A DNA stretch of 64,000 bases. Origin: an uncultured Gemmatimonadales bacterium (GTDB taxonomy: Bacteria; Gemmatimonadota; Gemmatimonadetes; Longimicrobiales; RSA9). The notes under the pieces were generated by a model. It worked only from the letters and a program-made list of their open reading frames with translations, made no database searches and was not told where the DNA came from. Below are positions 60,780-64,000 of this stretch, in pieces (position 1 is the first letter of the stretch; every line of letters begins with the position of its first letter). The position numbers and the translations under genes were made by a program. Where the stretch lies: assembly GCA_963798845.1 (NCBI GenBank), contig CAWCUS010000004.1:256001-320000 (forward strand), read 5' to 3'.

Positions 60780-61490
60780 CTACGGGTGCGGCACGGGGGC
60801 TTCTGGGGCGGTGGTGTCGGCGCGCGGCCCGGTCGCGCTGGCGGCCTCGTCGAGGATCCTGAGCACCTCGTCGTAGGCGGCGAGGAGCTCCGCCTCGGAG
60901 CGGCTGAGCTCGCCCAGGTAGACGGTCACCTCGCGGATGGCGCCGTGCATGTTTTCGGACGTGACCCACCCGCCGCGGGCGAGCTGGGGCATCCCCGTGC
61001 GGCTGAACTCCTCGAGCCGGGCCTGGAGCGAGTAGGTGAGGGAGAGGGCGTTCACCAGGTCGAAGTCAATGTGGGGGAGGGCGCCCGTGGTCAGGGCCGT
61101 CTCCCAGACCGTGGAGGTGAGGAAGGCCGGCCGGAGCGCCTCCAGGCCGACCGTCGCCTGGAACTCGTCGGACGAAGCCAGCTCGCCGCTGTCGGCCATG
61201 CGGGCGATCACGTCCCGCAGCCCCCGCCGATACGGCCCCACGTCTTCGAGCCGTGCCCGGTTCTGCCGGATCTCCCGCTGGAACGCCGCCAGCGCCTGCG
61301 TGGCCAGCTCCACGTCCTCGCGGGTCCGCTCCCATTCGTTGACCGCGAGGGCGAGGAGGATGGAGAAGACGATGAGGGCGGACTCCACGATGATCCGGGG
61401 CAGCCAGTCCCCGGAGAAGGTGCGGGCGATCTTCTCGCGCAGGGACGAGCCGCGGCGCCAGGGCCCGGGCTGTCCCTCGTCGGTCTGCAC
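60780..61490 (-). CDS. Hypothetical membrane-anchored helical protein
   Basis: ESALIVFSILLALAVNEW..EI..N; WETA..G. Confidence 0.75.
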   Translation of the reverse strand: MQTDEGQPGPWRRGSSLREKIARTFSGDWLPRIIVESALIVFSILLALAVNEWERTREDVELATQALAAFQREIRQNRARLEDVGPYRRGLRDVIARMADSGELASSDEFQATVGLEALRPAFLTSTVWETALTTGALPHIDFDLVNALSLTYSLQARLEEFSRTGMPQLARGGWVTSENMHGAIREVTVYLGELSRSEAELLAAYDEVLRILDEAASATGPRADTTAPEAPVPHP

Positions 61491-61496
61491 GCCGCC

Positions 61497-62015
61497 CTAC
61501 TGGAGCGGGTACCCGGCTTCGCCCGGCAGCCGGCCGTTGATGCGGAGCACGCGGGCGCCCGGGCCCACGGCGCTGGCGGGGAGGAACGCGATGGCGCCCG
61601 GGACGGCGGCCACCAGCTCGCCGGCCATGTCGCTGCTGTAGACGATCTTCGGGCCCGCGGGCACCTCCGCCCGGAACATCTTCCCGACCCAGTACTTCCT
61701 GAACTCGTCCTCGCTCATCCGGTAGATCACGTTCAGGACCACGTCCCGCTCGTAGGCCCGGGGGGCGCGGACCAGCAGCGTGATGCGCAGCCCGTCCGGC
61801 CAGAACTGCTGGTCGGCCATGAAGATGCGGCGCAGCTGGTCGAGGGTGAGCTCCCGGATCGGCGTATCCGGGTTCACGACGATGGCCACCCCCTCCTCCC
61901 TCGGCTCGGCGGTAGCGCCAGGCTGCTGCGCGGCGAGGGGGTGGGGCGGCGAGACTGCCAGCACGAGCAGGAGGGCGGCGGCCACCCGGACGCTGTGTGC
62001 GACGGCTGACGGCAT
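61497..62015 (-). CDS. Small periplasmic PBP/PstS-like protein
   Basis: Signal peptide; VAIVVNP..LT..LRRIF..W; PGAIAF..LRING.LPG..GYPL. Confidence 0.82.
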   Translation of the reverse strand: MPSAVAHSVRVAAALLLVLAVSPPHPLAAQQPGATAEPREEGVAIVVNPDTPIRELTLDQLRRIFMADQQFWPDGLRITLLVRAPRAYERDVVLNVIYRMSEDEFRKYWVGKMFRAEVPAGPKIVYSSDMAGELVAAVPGAIAFLPASAVGPGARVLRINGRLPGEAGYPLQ

Positions 62016-62024
62016 GGCGGGCTC

Positions 62025-63080
62025 CTACTCGATGAGGTTGGGGACGACGAAGGCCGCGTTCAGGACCAGGCTGGTGGCGCGGTCGGCGCCGGCGAAGGAC
62101 TCCGAGCGCACCTCTCCCTTGAGCGCGGCGAACTCCGCGAAGTCCCAGCGCAGGCCCCCGATGACGCCATCGTAGTCGAGACCGAGGCCGGTGAACAGGG
62201 GGTCGCCGGCGCCGATGTCGGTGGCTTCGTAGCGGGCGTACGGCTGGAGGGCGCGCGCGCCCGGGAGCCGCCAGGCCACCTGTGCGTAGTAGCCGTCGGA
62301 CCCCACGGTCTGCGCGCCGGCGGTCCGCGGGTCGTGGATGAAGTGAAGGTACTCCGCGACGATCTCCGGGTTGGCCAGCCACACCACGTGGCCGCCCACG
62401 ATGCGCTCGTCCACCGGCCCCGTGCCCGGGTCCACCCGGTCGAGGAACCCGTGCACGCCCAGCTCCACGCGGTGCAGGAAGCCGGGCCGGACGCGCACGC
62501 CGGCGACGAAGGCGCGGTGGCCGTTGTCGTCGCCCGCGTCCCCGGGCGCCACCAGGTCCTCCTGGCGCCCGTTCCCGACGCCTGCTTCGTACACCAGCGT
62601 GGAGCGGCCCACCGGCAGGCTCCCTTCCGCCAGCAAGCCCATGAAGTGGACCGGGATCAGCGGCGTGCCGAAGCGCACGAGGCGCGGCCGGTCGATGGAC
62701 GTCTGGAGCCAGAGTCCGTGGTGGTACTGCGTGTTCCACCACGAGATCGGCGTGTGGTAGCGCCCCGCGGACAGCTTGAATCCGTCCGAGAAGTCGTAGC
62801 GGACGATGAGCCGCTCGAGGGTGGCGATCGTCCCCGTCGGCCGCGACGTCAGCGTGGGCTCGGCGAACACCGTCACGCGCTCCGACAGCCCCGCGCTCAG
62901 GTGCCCCACGAGCTGGCCCAGCGAGAACCCGTCGGCCACATCCCGCTCCGTGGCCAGGTACGACGCGTCGCCGAACAGCATGAGCCGCAGCGGCGGGTCC
63001 GTGTGGGTCTGGGCGGCGGCGCCGCCGGCGTACGCGCTGCACAGCGCCAGCACCACCGCGGCGGCGGAGGGTCGGTTCAT
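62025..63080 (-). CDS. Outer-membrane porin-like beta-barrel protein
   Basis: Signal peptide; ERL..GRYHTPI.WWN..YHHG.WLQT..RP; GLRWDF..ALKGE. Confidence 0.8.
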   Translation of the reverse strand: MNRPSAAAVVLALCSAYAGGAAAQTHTDPPLRLMLFGDASYLATERDVADGFSLGQLVGHLSAGLSERVTVFAEPTLTSRPTGTIATLERLIVRYDFSDGFKLSAGRYHTPISWWNTQYHHGLWLQTSIDRPRLVRFGTPLIPVHFMGLLAEGSLPVGRSTLVYEAGVGNGRQEDLVAPGDAGDDNGHRAFVAGVRVRPGFLHRVELGVHGFLDRVDPGTGPVDERIVGGHVVWLANPEIVAEYLHFIHDPRTAGAQTVGSDGYYAQVAWRLPGARALQPYARYEATDIGAGDPLFTGLGLDYDGVIGGLRWDFAEFAALKGEVRSESFAGADRATSLVLNAAFVVPNLIE

Positions 63081-63322
63081 GAAAGGTCCGGAGATCTGGG
63101 AGACGGGCAAGGGCTCACCAACGTACGGCGCGCCGCCGCGCCGCCACAAGCCTGTCGTTCGGCGCTGTGGTCGAGTGCGGGGAGATGCAGCAAACCGAGC
63201 ATGTCGGCTCGATCCGTGCAGCGCTACTGCGATCCCGGGGTGGTTCGGGCTGCGCGAACCGCGCGCGGCGCAAGCATCCTGACGCTGTCCACCGGGTCTT
63301 CGAGCAAAGGGAGTTCACGAAC

Positions 63323-63799
63323 TTGACGCCAAAAAACACGATCTGCCTCTGGTTCGACAAGGACGCGCTCGATGCGGCGCGCTTCTACGCCGCCACCTTT
63401 CCGGATAGCGAGGTGACCGGCGTCCACCACGCGACCAGCGATTACCCGGGCGGCACGGAGGGCGAGGTGCTGACGGTGAATTTCACCGTTCTGGGCGTTC
63501 CCTGTATGGGTCTGAACGGCGGCCCGGCGTTCAAGCACAGCGAGGCCTTTTCCTTCCAGGTCGCTACGGACGACCAGGAGGAGACGGACCGCTACTGGAA
63601 CGCGATCGTGGGGAATGGCGGTGAGGAGAGCCAGTGCGGCTGGTGCAGGGACCGCTGGGGCCTTTCCTGGCAGATCACGCCGCGCGTGCTGACCGATGCG
63701 CTTGCGGCCGGAGGTGATGAGGCCAGGCGCGCCTTTGAGGCGATGATGCCCATGCGCAAGATCGACGTCGCCACGATCGAGGCAGCGCGGCGCGGTTGA
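63323..63799 (+). CDS. VOC/PhnB-like (3-demethylubiquinone-9 3-methyltransferase family) protein
   Basis: KNTICLWFDKDA, LNGGPAF, CGWCRDRWGLSWQI; TTG start after AAGGGAG. Confidence 0.92.
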   Translation: MTPKNTICLWFDKDALDAARFYAATFPDSEVTGVHHATSDYPGGTEGEVLTVNFTVLGVPCMGLNGGPAFKHSEAFSFQVATDDQEETDRYWNAIVGNGGEESQCGWCRDRWGLSWQITPRVLTDALAAGGDEARRAFEAMMPMRKIDVATIEAARRG

Positions 63800-64000
63800 T
63801 CGGAGTGTGCGCCCGCAGCGACAGCCGCGCACCCGAGACCGACACGATCAGAGCGGCGTCTTCGCGGCGACGCAGACGTGGCCCCGGCGTTCTCGAACGT
63901 CGTCGTCACGCCGCATCACCTCGAGGGGCCGGGGGCACGGGGCACGGGGTAGGGGGCACTGTCGAAGTAGATGCCGAATGAGCGAATCTGGTCATCACGC

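Noticed and set aside
31239..63799. Large inverted duplication suggested by two VOC and two ADOP genes in opposite orientation
   Set aside because: The paralogues are clearly diverged and their neighbours differ

Overview
This is a very GC-rich bacterial chromosomal window; gene content and order suggest Gemmatimonadota, which is an inference. It has two halves. (1) Positions 1-28.5 kb are an intact, tightly coupled housekeeping block: rlmD end, biotin carrier, methylmalonyl-CoA mutase, argS, purM, ribD/E/BA/H-nusB, hpf-hprK-mannose-family PTS-ptsH-ptsI-metK, recO-selB, ptsN, dusB-larB-GGDEF. It ends at the tmRNA gene ssrA (28541-28904, tag ANDNLALAA). (2) Positions 28.9-64 kb are an accessory region that begins exactly at the tmRNA 3' end. 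It opens with an array of about 146-nt units, each re-copying the tmRNA 3' end and carrying its own reverse complement; a dispersed related copy lies 12 kb downstream. The rest holds several gene remnants, two ADOP-type ABC permeases, two VOC proteins, a STAND-ATPase/TPR/BTAD regulator whose two neighbours share an upstream motif, a GNAT-HDAC fusion, an S9 peptidase, a GH2, a Ser/Thr kinase, Ig-repeat lipoproteins and a DUF1326/DUF2182 pair. No intact integrase, transposase, CRISPR array, rRNA or tRNA was seen. All calls come from reading motifs by eye; no database search was run.
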